A stretch of 64,000 bases of DNA, from NCBI GenBank assembly GCA_025454115.1, contig JALOPB010000003.1, forward strand, positions 7,036 through 71,035. Direction: 5' to 3'. Shown piece by piece: positions 1-9,945 of this stretch. Source of the DNA: Desulfobacterales bacterium. GTDB taxonomy: Bacteria > Desulfobacterota > Desulfobacteria > Desulfobacterales > SpSt-501. The notes under the pieces were generated by a model. It was not told where the DNA came from and made no database searches. It saw only the letters and a program-made list of their open reading frames with translations. The position numbers were made by a program, and so were the translations under genes. The first letter of the stretch is position 1, and the number at the start of each line of letters is the position of its first letter.

Positions 1-13
1 TCAAGACCGCGCG

Positions 14-2011
14 TTAGTTCGCCAGCCAAGTGGTCAGAGGATAAGGGACGCAACCGCTCTCTCCGGCGTATCGGGCCAACTGCTGCACCAATTGATCCGC
101 CTGGGATTTGGGGACGGGAGGCGAAAAGAGGTATCCCTGGCCGAGTTCGCACGCCATATCCAGAAGGATGGCATACTGGTCGGGGGTTTCGATACCTTCG
201 GCCACTACGGTCATGCCGAGCTTGTGGGCCAGCGACACAATGGCCTCGACAATATTGCGATTGTTTTCAGGTTGGTCGATAATTTTAGAAATGAAGCTGC
301 GATCGATTTTGAGGGTGTCGATCGGAAGACGCTGCAGGTAGCTTAAAGAGGAATAACCGGTTCCGAAGTCATCGATAACCAGGCGGATGCCGTAATCCTT
401 GAGCCGCTGGGCCAGCCGCATGGTCTCCTCGGAATCCACCATCAATGCGGTCTCGGTGATCTCCAGCTTCAGAAGATGCGGGGGTAGCGACGATGCTTCC
501 AACGCGTCTCGGAGGTCATTCAGGAGGCTTGCCTGGAGGAAATGTCGACTGGAGATATTGACACTCACCGTCAGCTCCAGGTTGCCCTCCAGAATTTCCA
601 ACCAGTCTTTCAAGTCTCGACAGGCTTGTTCAACCGTATATCGCGTGATGGGGATGATCAGGCCGGTTTCCTCGGCCGTCGAGATGAACGAGCCGGGGTA
701 TACCATACCCAGTTGCGGATGGGGCCAGCGGATCAGCGCCTCAAACCCGACCAGAGCAGCGGTATCGAGACGTACAATTGGCTGATAGTAATTCTGGAAT
801 TGACCTTTATGGATGGCCTTGCGGAGGTCCGTTTCCTGTTGGAGCAGGTGCAAGGCTTTTTCATGCAGGGTTCGGTCGAAGATTTTGACCTGGGAGCGAC
901 CGCTTTCCTTCGCATGGTACATGGCCGCATCCGCATCGCGAATGATAGCCTCCGGCAGGTCATAATCCTGGGTGTGCAGGACGACGCCGAAACTGGCGGG
1001 GGCGAACACTTCCTTGCCGTGAATTCGGAAGGGCTTGCGCAGGGCGATCTGAAGCCTTTCGGCAATGGCGACGGAATAGTCGTCTGCCTCGATATCCTCC
1101 AATAGAACCACGAATTCATCGCCCCCCAGCCGGGCCAGGATGTCGATCTCGCGCAGGGATTCACGGATGCGCTCTGCAAAGGCCACCAACAGGTCGTCGC
1201 CGGCGCTGTGGCCCAGACTGTCGTTGACCAATTTGAAACGGTCGATATCCAGGTAAATGACCGCAAAATGGTAGTCCGGTCGTCGTTTGGTACGTTTGAT
1301 CGCCATGGTCAGATGTTCGACGAACAAGGCCCGGTTCGGCAGCTGCGTCAAGGTGTCGTGGAAGGCCTGGAAATAGATCTGGCGTTCGGCTTCCTTCAAT
1401 TCGGAGATGTCGGTAAACGACGCCACACTTGCATCCGTCTCGGGGATCGCCGCAAACGTGATCAAGACATCCTTGCGATTTTCCAGCTTGTCAATAAATT
1501 GACACCCCACGTACTTGCCGCCGACAATCGAAAGGGCACCCGTGGAAGGGGTTTCATCGCCGAAGAGAGTTCGTTGGCCTTTGTCATCGATGAAGTCCAG
1601 CCAGGACTTCCGGTTTTGGACTTCCCTGCGGCTGAATCCCGAAATGGCGACGAACTGAGAATTCGCCAGCGAAATGCGCATGTCTTTCTCGATGATGATA
1701 GTGGCGGCACCGGTGTTTTCAAATATCGTTCGGTATTTCAGCTCTGAGTTGCGCAGTTCCTCGGTTCGGTCCTTGACTTTCTGCTCCAGGGTTTCGTTCA
1801 TTTCCTGCAAGGCGCGTTTGGAGCTGTTGATGTTGTTGACCAACACCTGCGTGCAACCGCTGATGAGCAGAATGATGCCGATCGTGATGAAGATGGTGAG
1901 ATGGCTACCCTGAAGAAGAACTTCAAAGTAAAAGTAGAAAAGGGAGGCGCCCCCGCCGATGATGAGCAGGCCGGCTTTATCGATTACAGATGAATGACCG
2001 GCAGCAGCCAC
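14..2011 (-). CDS. Membrane-anchored PAS-GGDEF-EAL protein (c-di-GMP synthesis/hydrolysis)
   Basis: 665-aa ORF with a GTG start. It has N-terminal hydrophobic segments and a PAS-like region. The GGDEF motif is RLGGDEF, with RxxD (REID) five residues upstream. EAL-domain motifs EALIRW, DDFGTGYSSL and QGYLFS are present. Confidence 0.9.
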   Translation of the reverse strand: MAAAGHSSVIDKAGLLIIGGGASLFYFYFEVLLQGSHLTIFITIGIILLISGCTQVLVNNINSSKRALQEMNETLEQKVKDRTEELRNSELKYRTIFENTGAATIIIEKDMRISLANSQFVAISGFSRREVQNRKSWLDFIDDKGQRTLFGDETPSTGALSIVGGKYVGCQFIDKLENRKDVLITFAAIPETDASVASFTDISELKEAERQIYFQAFHDTLTQLPNRALFVEHLTMAIKRTKRRPDYHFAVIYLDIDRFKLVNDSLGHSAGDDLLVAFAERIRESLREIDILARLGGDEFVVLLEDIEADDYSVAIAERLQIALRKPFRIHGKEVFAPASFGVVLHTQDYDLPEAIIRDADAAMYHAKESGRSQVKIFDRTLHEKALHLLQQETDLRKAIHKGQFQNYYQPIVRLDTAALVGFEALIRWPHPQLGMVYPGSFISTAEETGLIIPITRYTVEQACRDLKDWLEILEGNLELTVSVNISSRHFLQASLLNDLRDALEASSLPPHLLKLEITETALMVDSEETMRLAQRLKDYGIRLVIDDFGTGYSSLSYLQRLPIDTLKIDRSFISKIIDQPENNRNIVEAIVSLAHKLGMTVVAEGIETPDQYAILLDMACELGQGYLFSPPVPKSQADQLVQQLARYAGESGCVPYPLTTWLAN

Positions 2012-2280
2012 AGAACCTCGCGATAGATGAACGAACCGTCCGGAATCTAATTGCTATATCGTCCTGAAGAGGTCGGAGCTTGAGCCTATTCGATCCAAAG
2101 AAAAAGGACAAAGCCGTCATGACTCTGTCCTCTTCCTTCGGCTTCCCACGATGCCGTTATTCTCGTGGGGAAATCTTCTCAAGCATTGGTTGTTGGAAGC
2201 CCGCCAGAAAAGATGCACGCACACCTGAGAAGCCTTAGCTGGGATGAGATATTTCAATATTTATGCCAAAATTCATAAAT

Positions 2281-2310
2281 ATTATATTTCAAATTAATTC
2301 AAAATGTTGA
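2281..2310 (-). promoter_or_regulatory. Candidate sigma70-type promoter for the PAS-GGDEF-EAL gene (TCAACA-N18-TATAAT on the minus strand), implying a leader of about 265 nt
   Basis: The plus strand reads attata at 2281-2286 and tgttga at 2305-2310, inside the only strongly AT-rich patch of the 366-nt intergenic region. Match made by eye only. Confidence 0.3.
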
Positions 2311-2378
2311 CAAGGTGTTGAAACGCAGCCGCATCAGGCGTTCGACGTGACGCGTCAAAATTCCGTTAAGCCGCCTCC

Positions 2379-3416
2379 TCAATTTGCCTTGCGGCCGCTG
2401 CGGTCGGGCCGATCAGGGCCGAGCTGGTAATGCTGAACCGCGCGGTTGTGATCGACCAGGTTCGCTGAAAAATGGTGGGTTCCGTTGTTTTTGGATACGA
2501 AAAAGATAAAATCGGTTTGAGCCGGATAGAGCGCGGCCTTCAAAGCCTCTTTCCCGGGGCTGGCGATCGGCCCGGGCGGCAGGCCGCGGATGATGTAGGT
2601 GTTGTAGGGAGTCGGCGTTTCAAGGTGCTTGCGGGTGAGATTTCCATCGAAATGGGGGATGCCGTATATGACCGTCGGGTCCGTTTCAAGCCGCATGCCG
2701 CGTTTGAGGCGGTTGTGAAAAACGGATGAAATGAGTGGTCGCTCGGATGGATCGCCGGTTTCCTTTTCAATAATGGACGCCAGGGTCACCGCTTCATGCA
2801 GAGTAAAACCGAGCTCCAACGCACGACGCTCCCACTCCGGCGGACATGCGGAGCGGAACGCTTGCAGCATGGCCGTCAGGATTCCGTCCGCCGCGACGGT
2901 CCGGGGGAAAAAATAGGTTTCGGGAAACAGATAGCCTTCCAGGGATGACGCCGCGATTCCCTGCGCTCGAACATAGGCGGGATCTTTGGCGCGCCGGACA
3001 ATGTCATCAGCCTGAGCCAGGCCGGCTTTCTCGATCTGGTCGGCGATTTGCACAATCGTGAGGCCTTCGGGAACGGTCAGTCGATGAAGCCGCACCAAGC
3101 CTTTTGACATCCGTTCCAGGATGTCATGCGGTGACATGAAGGATGTTAGGCTGTATTCGCCAGCCTTCAGGCGGCGATCGTATCCCTCCAGGCGAGCCAG
3201 CACCCTGAATTTAAGGGCGCTCTTGATCAGCTGATGACGCTGTAGCGCTTCGGCTGTCGCGGCCAGGGACTGGCCCGGTGGCACGGTGAGGTGGTGTTCG
3301 TACCATTCCGAGCTTGCGGCCGTGCGGGCGAACGCCCCAAGATCGAAATAGATCAAAAGGGCGGCCGCTATCAACAGACCGAGCACGGCGGCTAGCAGCA
3401 TCATTATTTTCTTCAT
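2379..3416 (-). CDS. mltG: Endolytic murein transglycosylase MltG (YceG family)
   Basis: 345 aa with an N-terminal TM helix (MKKIMMLLAAVLGLLIAAALLIY). YceG-like core with LASIIEKETG (catalytic Glu region), SVFHNRL and YNTY motifs. Confidence 0.9.
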   Translation of the reverse strand: MKKIMMLLAAVLGLLIAAALLIYFDLGAFARTAASSEWYEHHLTVPPGQSLAATAEALQRHQLIKSALKFRVLARLEGYDRRLKAGEYSLTSFMSPHDILERMSKGLVRLHRLTVPEGLTIVQIADQIEKAGLAQADDIVRRAKDPAYVRAQGIAASSLEGYLFPETYFFPRTVAADGILTAMLQAFRSACPPEWERRALELGFTLHEAVTLASIIEKETGDPSERPLISSVFHNRLKRGMRLETDPTVIYGIPHFDGNLTRKHLETPTPYNTYIIRGLPPGPIASPGKEALKAALYPAQTDFIFFVSKNNGTHHFSANLVDHNRAVQHYQLGPDRPDRSGRKAN

Positions 3417-3521
3417 CGCGTGTTCCTGTCATGCTTCGGTTGACCAGCAGATGGTACCATCCGAGGTATCCATTAAATAAATTAAGGTGATTCTTCGAGG
3501 TTTGTCAAAGGTCTGTTTTCC

Positions 3522-3550
3522 TTGACTTCCATTGCCTCGGAAGATAGGAT
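3522..3550 (+). promoter_or_regulatory. Candidate sigma70-type promoter of the oxidoreductase operon (TTGACT-N17-TAGGAT)
   Basis: ttgact at 3522-3527 and taggat at 3545-3550, about 100 nt upstream of the ATG at 3654. Confidence 0.3.
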
Positions 3551-3653
3551 CTCTGGATTACGGCGCCCACGATTGGATAGGCATTCGGCGTCACGCGCCG
3601 GGTTAATACCACCGCTAACTAGCACCCACATCAGGATATCAAAGGACGAATCA

Positions 3654-3860
3654 ATGGCCAAGCCCAAGCTGAAGCAGCATCACATCAATCGAGATTGGTG
3701 CAAGGGCTGCGGGATTTGCGTGGAACTGTGCCCCAAGAACGTGCTCGAATTGGATGACCAGGATAAGGTGGTTGCTGTGCGGCCTCAGGACTGCATCTGC
3801 TGCCGGCTGTGTGAGCTGCGCTGCCCAGATTTTGCAATCGAAGTGGAAACACAGGAGTAG
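3654..3860 (+). CDS. 2-oxoacid:ferredoxin oxidoreductase delta subunit (2x[4Fe-4S] ferredoxin)
   Basis: Two CxxCxxCxxxCP motifs (CKGCGICVELCP and CICCRLCELRCP). The internal ATG at 3654 is preceded by aaaggacgaa, so the upstream part of track ORF 3522-3860 is probably not translated. Confidence 0.85.
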   Translation: MAKPKLKQHHINRDWCKGCGICVELCPKNVLELDDQDKVVAVRPQDCICCRLCELRCPDFAIEVETQE

Positions 3861-3866
3861 GACTCT

Positions 3867-5015
3867 ATGGGAAAAACCATCAAATTCGTGCAGGGCAATG
3901 AAGCGTGTGTCGAGGCGGCACTTTATGCCGGGCTGGATTTTTATGCCGGCTATCCGATCACGCCCTCGACGGAGATTGCCGAACATCTGGCCTACCGCTT
4001 GCCGCAGATCGGAGGCAAGTTTCTGCAGATGGAGGACGAAATCGCATCGATTTGCGCCATCATCGGCGCGTCGCTCACCGGGCGCAAGGTCATGACCGCC
4101 ACGAGCGGCCCCGGGTTTTCGCTGATGCAGGAAGCGTTAGGGTATGCGATCATGGCCGAGATCCCTTGCGTGATCGTGGATGTGCAGCGCGGCGGGCCCT
4201 CCACCGGCATTCCCACCCACGTCAGCCAGGGGGACGTGAACCAGGCGCGCTGGGGCACCCACGGCGACCACGCCATCATTGCCTTGACGGCCTCCAACCA
4301 CCAGGATGTGTTCGCGATCACGGTGGAGGCTTTCAACCTGTCCGAAACTTACCGGACGCCGGTGATCCTGTTGTTCGACGAAGTCGTGGCCCACATGCGG
4401 GAGCGACTGGTCATGCCGGAACCTGGTGAGATTCAGCTGGTGGAGCGGCTGAGGACATCGGTGAAGGAGGGCGTCGACTACCATCCCTACCTCCCGCGGG
4501 AGGACGGGCGGTTGCCGATGTCGGATTTCGGCGGGGTGCACCGGTACAATGTGACCGGGCTGGTGCATGACATGTGGGGCTTTCCTTCGACGGAGCCGCG
4601 CGTGGTGCATGCCCTGTTGCGGCATCTGGTGGACAAACTGGAAAACCGCACCAACGAGCTGGCCCGCTTCAAGGAGTTCTTCCTGGAGGATGCCGAGATC
4701 ATCCTGATCTCCTACGGCTCATCGGCGCGGTCGGCGCTGCACGTCGTCGAAGAGCGGCGCCAGCGCGGCGAACGGTTAGGACTGCTGGAATTACAGACGC
4801 TTTGGCCGTTTCCGCGGGACATCGTGCGCAATCGCTGCGCCGGCGCCAAGGCGGTGGTGGTCGTGGAAATGAACATGGGGCAGGTGATGCAATCGGTGAA
4901 GCTGGCGGTGGAACACCCCGATCGGGTGTTTCTGGCCAACCGCATCGACAGCGTTTTCATTACACCCGCGGACATCATCAATATCCTGCGAATCATTCAA
5001 GGCAAAGGGGTCTGA
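3867..5015 (+). CDS. 2-oxoacid (probably 2-oxoglutarate):ferredoxin oxidoreductase alpha subunit
   Basis: 382 aa. KorA/OorA-like N-terminus GNEACVEAALYAGLDFYAGYPITPSTEI. Sits in a delta-alpha-beta-gamma gene order. Confidence 0.85.
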   Translation: MGKTIKFVQGNEACVEAALYAGLDFYAGYPITPSTEIAEHLAYRLPQIGGKFLQMEDEIASICAIIGASLTGRKVMTATSGPGFSLMQEALGYAIMAEIPCVIVDVQRGGPSTGIPTHVSQGDVNQARWGTHGDHAIIALTASNHQDVFAITVEAFNLSETYRTPVILLFDEVVAHMRERLVMPEPGEIQLVERLRTSVKEGVDYHPYLPREDGRLPMSDFGGVHRYNVTGLVHDMWGFPSTEPRVVHALLRHLVDKLENRTNELARFKEFFLEDAEIILISYGSSARSALHVVEERRQRGERLGLLELQTLWPFPRDIVRNRCAGAKAVVVVEMNMGQVMQSVKLAVEHPDRVFLANRIDSVFITPADIINILRIIQGKGV

Positions 5016-5018
5016 TCG

Positions 5019-5825
5019 ATGGCAGTCAAGGACTATTTGAGGGAACGGTTTTTCCCGCACCTTTGGTGTCCGGGGTGCGGTCATGGAGAAGTTCTCGGCG
5101 GCCTCATCCGGGCGATCGAGAACCTGGGCCTATCCAAGAACGAAATCGTAATGGTGTCGGGGATCGGCTGCTCGTCGCGTATCACCGGCTATGTGGATTT
5201 TCACACCATGCACACCATCCATGGCCGGGCCCTGGCCTTTGCCACAGGCGTCAAGCTCGCCCGCCCGGAACTCAAGATCATCGTGCCGATGGGCGACGGG
5301 GATGCCTTGGCGATCGGCGGCAACCACTTTATTCACGCGGCGCGACGCAATGTGGACATGACGGCGATCGTCATGAACAATCGCATTTACGGAATGACCG
5401 GCGGTCAGTTTTCACCGCTGTCCGGAGCCAACATCAGCGCCTCCACGGCGCCCTATCGCACGATCGACAAAAGCTTCGACGTGGTGGAGCTGTCGAAAGC
5501 GGCTGGGGCTACGTTTGTGGCGCGCGCCACCAGCTATCACGCCCAGCAGATGACGGAGGTCATCGAGAAGGCCATCATGCACAAGGGGTTTTCGGTCGTT
5601 GAAGTGCTGACCCAGTGTCCGACCTATTTCGGGCGCAAGAATAAGATCGGGGATGCCCCGGAGATGATCAAATGGTTCAAGGACCACACCACTCCGATCG
5701 GATCGAAGGCCAAGCAGGAACACCCGGACCTCATCGAGCGTGGCATCTTCGTCCAGCAGGAGGGGCCGGAGTACTGCGAGGAATATCAGAAAATCGTCGA
5801 GCGGGCGATGAAAGGGCGCAGCTGA
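5019..5825 (+). CDS. 2-oxoacid:ferredoxin oxidoreductase beta subunit (TPP-binding)
   Basis: 268 aa. Motifs WCPGCGHG, GIGCSSR and the TPP motif MGDGDALAIGGNH. Confidence 0.9.
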   Translation: MAVKDYLRERFFPHLWCPGCGHGEVLGGLIRAIENLGLSKNEIVMVSGIGCSSRITGYVDFHTMHTIHGRALAFATGVKLARPELKIIVPMGDGDALAIGGNHFIHAARRNVDMTAIVMNNRIYGMTGGQFSPLSGANISASTAPYRTIDKSFDVVELSKAAGATFVARATSYHAQQMTEVIEKAIMHKGFSVVEVLTQCPTYFGRKNKIGDAPEMIKWFKDHTTPIGSKAKQEHPDLIERGIFVQQEGPEYCEEYQKIVERAMKGRS

Positions 5826-6370
5826 TGGAACGGTGCAGACTGGTGTTTTCAGGTTCGGGGGGGCAGGGGGTCATCACGGCCGCCATCATTCTCGCGGAGT
5901 CGGCGGTCCTGTGCGAAGGGCTGAATGCGGTCCAATCCCAGTCATACGGCGCCGAGGCTCGGGGGGGGGCGACGCGTTCCGATGTGATCATTGCGGATAC
6001 CCCGATCTACTATCCGAAAGTGCTTCAGCCGAATGTTCTGGTTTGCCTCACCCAGGAAGCCTACAACCGGTTTTCCGCGATCATTCGACCGGGGGGGCTG
6101 CTGATCACCGACAGCCGCTACGTCAAAATCCAGCGCAAAGTGGATGCCCTTCAGCGCGAGCTTCCCATCTACCGGACGGTGATGGAGCAGATCGGCAAAC
6201 CGATTGTTTTCAACATTTGCATGCTCGGCGCACTGATCGCCTTGACGGATGTCGTCAAACCGACCTCTATAATCAATGTGCTGGAGACCCGCGTTCCGTC
6301 GGATTTCTTAGAAATGAACCAGAAGGCCCTTCAATTGGGGATGGATTTGGCTGGCCGTACAAGCGGATGA
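5825..6370 (+). CDS. 2-oxoacid:ferredoxin oxidoreductase gamma subunit
   Basis: Its ATG overlaps the beta-subunit stop (TGATG). Motifs FSGSGGQGV and QSYGAEARGG. The track ORF start at 5672 lies inside the beta gene and is not used. Confidence 0.85.
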   Translation: MERCRLVFSGSGGQGVITAAIILAESAVLCEGLNAVQSQSYGAEARGGATRSDVIIADTPIYYPKVLQPNVLVCLTQEAYNRFSAIIRPGGLLITDSRYVKIQRKVDALQRELPIYRTVMEQIGKPIVFNICMLGALIALTDVVKPTSIINVLETRVPSDFLEMNQKALQLGMDLAGRTSG

Positions 6371-6432
6371 GAAACCGCCGCGATCGCACCGTGTCCAGCG
6401 GATGCGTTCAGGGGGCCGGTTCGAGCCCGGTT

Positions 6433-7191
6433 TTACCGAACCGCGGCGATATACCACGACCAGAGCTCGGTTCCGATGAAGAGATAGGCGATAGCGCCCA
6501 CCGCCAGGAAGGGGCCGAAGGGAACCGCCAATTTCATGTTGCCGCGGCGGCGGAAAATCAGGGCCATTCCCGCCAATGTGCCGGTAAGGGACGCGACGAA
6601 GATCGTGAACAGAACGCCTTGCCAGCCCAGGAAAGCGCCGATCATGGCGAGCAGCTTGATGTCGCCGCCGCCCATGCCCTCGCGTTGCGTGATCAGCTGG
6701 TATCCCCAGGCCACCAGAAAAAGACTGCCCCCTCCTGCCAGAATGCCGATCAGCGATTCGAGCGGGGAAATCAGTCCGGGGCCGAAGCTGGCGGCCAGGC
6801 CGACCGGAATGCCCGGCAGGGTGATCGCGTCAGGGATGATCCGATGGTCCAGGTCGATGAAGGTGATGATGAGCAGCGCGGCGATCAGCGCAAACATCAG
6901 CACGGCCTGCCCGCCAAAGCCGAACCGGGCGACCGCCATGGCAGCGAAGGCTCCGCTGAGGGTTTCAACCAGCGGATAGCGCAGAGGGATCCGCGCTCCG
7001 CAATCACGGCAGCGGCCTTTCAGGAGCAGATAACTCAGTACGGGAATGTTGTCGAGGGAGCGGATCGAATGACCGCACTGCGGACACCGGGAGCGGGGCC
7101 GAACGATGGACTGCGATACCGGCAGCCGGTAAATACAAACATTGAGAAAGCTGCCGACGATCATACCGAAGATGAAACCGACCCATTCCAT
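6433..7191 (-). CDS. pilD: Prepilin peptidase / N-methyltransferase (A24 family)
   Basis: Motifs CPQCGH...CRDCGA (two CxxC pairs), IDLDHRIIPD and GGGDIKLLA, with multiple TM helices. Start taken at MEWVGFIFG. Confidence 0.9.
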   Translation of the reverse strand: MEWVGFIFGMIVGSFLNVCIYRLPVSQSIVRPRSRCPQCGHSIRSLDNIPVLSYLLLKGRCRDCGARIPLRYPLVETLSGAFAAMAVARFGFGGQAVLMFALIAALLIITFIDLDHRIIPDAITLPGIPVGLAASFGPGLISPLESLIGILAGGGSLFLVAWGYQLITQREGMGGGDIKLLAMIGAFLGWQGVLFTIFVASLTGTLAGMALIFRRRGNMKLAVPFGPFLAVGAIAYLFIGTELWSWYIAAVR

Positions 7192-7489
7192 AGCCGCTCC
7201 TGCGTCGTAGGACTTGACCGGCGAGGTTTTTTCGCCTAGAAGGCATTGTCCGCCGGCGGACCACACCGTTACGATTGTCAATTTCGAAATAGGTGTTATT
7301 ATTTAAATTTTAATCGACTCGGCGGCTTACCGGTTAAAGGATGGTACCACCGAGCAGACGATTCGGTGCCGCCCGGAAAAGCGCCTGATTTTTGCATTAT
7401 AAGCTGATTTCGGATATTTGCCTACCAAAAACTTCCCGCGTAAAGGCTTCCCGAACGGCGTTACCCCAGAATGTGTGGCAGGAGCAAGC

Positions 7490-9907
7490 ATGGCAGAGGC
7501 AGACCGCGACGACTTGATCAGTATTATCGAAGAAGACGACAAAACGACTGAAATTCCCACAAACCTCCCACTGCTTCCCGTCCGGGATGTGGTGATTTTT
7601 TCGGATATGCTGCTGCCGCTGTTCGTCGGACGTGAGAAATCGGTGCATTCCGTGGAGGACGCCGTAAACGGGAACGGCTTCGTGTTTCTGGCGACCCAGA
7701 AGGACCCGACCGTTGAGAACCCGTCCCAGGACGATATCTACCGCACCGGCACCGTCGGGCGCGTGCTGCGCATGCTTAAACTGCCCGACGGCCGCGTGAA
7801 AGTGCTGGTTCAAGGATTGACCAAGGGAAACATTGCGAAGTTCGTCCGCAAACGATCCCCGTACCGCGTCCTGATCGATCTGCTACCCGAGGAGCCGGTG
7901 GAGAAGGTGACGCTGGAAGTGGAAGCGCTGATGCGCAATGTGCGCGAGCAATCCGAGAAAATTTTGGCGCTGAGGGGTGAGATCAATCCCGACATCATCT
8001 CCATCCTCCAAAATGTCGACGATCCCGGTAAGCTCGCTGATTTAGTGGCGTCGAATCTGCGGCTTAAAATCGAAGACGCCCAGTCCCTGCTGGAGATCCT
8101 GGAACCGGTTGCGCGGTTGAAACGCATCAACGATCTGCTGTCGCGGGAGTTGGAGCTGTCCGCCATGCAGGCCAAGATCCAGTCGGAAGTGAAGGATGAG
8201 ATTTCGAAAAGCCAGCGCGATTATTACCTCCGTGAGCAGGTGCGCGCCATCTACCGTGAATTGGGCGAGCACGATGAGCGGTCGACGGAAATAGACGAGT
8301 ATCAACGCAAGATCAAGAAAGCCCGCATGTCCAGGGAGGCCAATGACGAAGCGTTGAAGCAGCTCAAACGACTGGATCAGATGCATCCGGATTCAGCCGA
8401 ATCCAATGTCATTCGGTCTTATCTTGATTGGTTGGTGGAGATGCCTTGGAGCAGATGGTCCGCGGACGTCATCGATATCCGCAAGGCACGCCAAATTCTG
8501 GACCGGGAGCACTACGGCCTATCCTCGGTGAAAGACCGCATTCTCGAATACCTCAGCGTGCGCAAACTGAACCCGCGCATGAAAGGCCCCATTCTGTGCT
8601 TCGTGGGTCCGCCGGGGGTCGGGAAGACATCTCTGGGGCAGGCCATCGCGCGTGCCGTCAAGCGCAAGTTCGTGCGCATTTCCCTCGGCGGTATCCGGGA
8701 TGAAGCCGAAATCCGTGGTCACCGCCGCACCTACATCGGCGCACTGCCGGGTCGCATCCTCCAGGGGCTCAAACAATGCGGCACCAGCAATCCCGTTTTC
8801 ATGATGGACGAGATCGACAAGCTGGGTGCGGATTTTCGCGGGGATCCGTCCTCGGCGCTGCTGGAGGCTCTCGATCCGGAGCAGAACTATGCATTCAGCG
8901 ACCACTACCTGAATCTGCCGTTTGACTTGTCGCGGGTCATGTTCATCCTGACGGCCAACCTCACCGACACCATCCCGTCGGCGTTGCTCGACCGGATGGA
9001 GGTCATCTCCCTATCGGGCTATACCGAAGAGGAAAAAGTTGAAATCTCCCGTCTCCACTTGATTCCGCGCCAAATCCGCGAGAACGGATTGAAGCCCAAG
9101 CAGGTCACGATCAGTGAAAAAGCCTTGCGGCAGATTATCGCTGAATACACCTCCGAGGCGGGTGTTCGGAATCTGGATCGGGAATTCGGCAACATCTGTC
9201 GTAAAGTCGCCCGCCGCATCGCCGAAGGCCAGCGGCAGCCGGCCGGAATCACGCAGCAAAGTCTGGCAAAATACTTGGGACCGGCCAAGTACGTTCCTGA
9301 AATGGACCAGGAAGTCAGCCAGATGGGGCTTGCAACCGGTCTGGCATGGACTCAGGCCGGGGGCGAAGTGCTTTACGTCGAAGCCTCGCTGATGAAAGGC
9401 AAGGGCGATCTCATTATTACGGGCCAGCTGGGTGAGGTCATGCAGGAATCCGCCCGGGCCGCCGTGACGTATGCGCGCGCCTACGTAAAACAGACCCGCA
9501 TCAAGCGCAGCGGGCTTGATACGCAGGACGTGCACATTCATGTGCCTGCGGGCGCCATACCGAAAGATGGCCCCTCGGCGGGGGTCGCGATGGCAACTGC
9601 GCTGGTCTCGATCTTGAGCGGCCATGCGGTGCGAAATGACGTCGCCATGACGGGCGAAGTCACTCTTCGAGGGCGGGTGCTGCCGATCGGCGGTCTCAAG
9701 GAGAAAGCGCTCGGAGCCGCGAGGGCCGGCATCAAGGCCGTGATCATTCCCAAGAAAAATGTGAAAGATCTCGTGGAAGTCCCCCATAACCTCAAACGCC
9801 GGCTGAAATTTATCCCCGTTAAAACCATGGAGGAAGTTCTCGAGAACGCCCTCGAACCGGAGAGCCCCCGGAAGCCGCACAGTCAACGCAAATCGATGCG
9901 GCGGTGA
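7490..9907 (+). CDS. lon: ATP-dependent Lon protease
   Basis: N-terminal LON domain (LPLLPVRDVVIFSDMLLPLFVGR), Walker A GPPGVGKTS and catalytic-Ser motif PKDGPSAG. The ATG at 7490 is preceded by ggcaggagca. Confidence 0.95.
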   Translation: MAEADRDDLISIIEEDDKTTEIPTNLPLLPVRDVVIFSDMLLPLFVGREKSVHSVEDAVNGNGFVFLATQKDPTVENPSQDDIYRTGTVGRVLRMLKLPDGRVKVLVQGLTKGNIAKFVRKRSPYRVLIDLLPEEPVEKVTLEVEALMRNVREQSEKILALRGEINPDIISILQNVDDPGKLADLVASNLRLKIEDAQSLLEILEPVARLKRINDLLSRELELSAMQAKIQSEVKDEISKSQRDYYLREQVRAIYRELGEHDERSTEIDEYQRKIKKARMSREANDEALKQLKRLDQMHPDSAESNVIRSYLDWLVEMPWSRWSADVIDIRKARQILDREHYGLSSVKDRILEYLSVRKLNPRMKGPILCFVGPPGVGKTSLGQAIARAVKRKFVRISLGGIRDEAEIRGHRRTYIGALPGRILQGLKQCGTSNPVFMMDEIDKLGADFRGDPSSALLEALDPEQNYAFSDHYLNLPFDLSRVMFILTANLTDTIPSALLDRMEVISLSGYTEEEKVEISRLHLIPRQIRENGLKPKQVTISEKALRQIIAEYTSEAGVRNLDREFGNICRKVARRIAEGQRQPAGITQQSLAKYLGPAKYVPEMDQEVSQMGLATGLAWTQAGGEVLYVEASLMKGKGDLIITGQLGEVMQESARAAVTYARAYVKQTRIKRSGLDTQDVHIHVPAGAIPKDGPSAGVAMATALVSILSGHAVRNDVAMTGEVTLRGRVLPIGGLKEKALGAARAGIKAVIIPKKNVKDLVEVPHNLKRRLKFIPVKTMEEVLENALEPESPRKPHSQRKSMRR

Positions 9908-9945
9908 TCGGGCCGGAGGCGGCGGAATCGGAAAGCACTCGCGAA

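Noticed and set aside
2012-2378. 39-aa plus-strand ORF (MTLSSSFGFPRCRYSRGEIF...) and small hairpins in the 366-nt intergenic region.
   Set aside because: There is no Shine-Dalgarno sequence and no recognisable composition. The region is better explained as the long leader and promoter of the PAS-GGDEF-EAL gene.
4574-5602. 342-aa alternative-frame ORF inside the alpha and beta oxidoreductase genes.
   Set aside because: The composition is Arg/Gly/Pro-rich (RRRAAPARRTVRTAG...). It lies out of frame within genes that carry diagnostic TPP and KorA motifs.
5833-7239. 468-aa plus-strand ORF spanning the end of the oxidoreductase gamma gene and running antisense to pilD.
   Set aside because: Its translation is low-complexity and rich in Arg, Gly, Asp and Gln, with no motifs. 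It overlaps two genes that have clear family signatures. This is a typical shadow ORF of GC-rich DNA.
7282-7489. Possible sigma54 (-24/-12), sigma32 or CIRCE heat-shock control element upstream of lon.
   Set aside because: TTTTGCA is present, but no GG occurs at the required 12-nt spacing. CCCCAGAAT resembles a sigma32 -10, but there is no convincing CTTGAA -35. No TTAGCACTC-N9-GAGTGCTAA inverted repeat is present.
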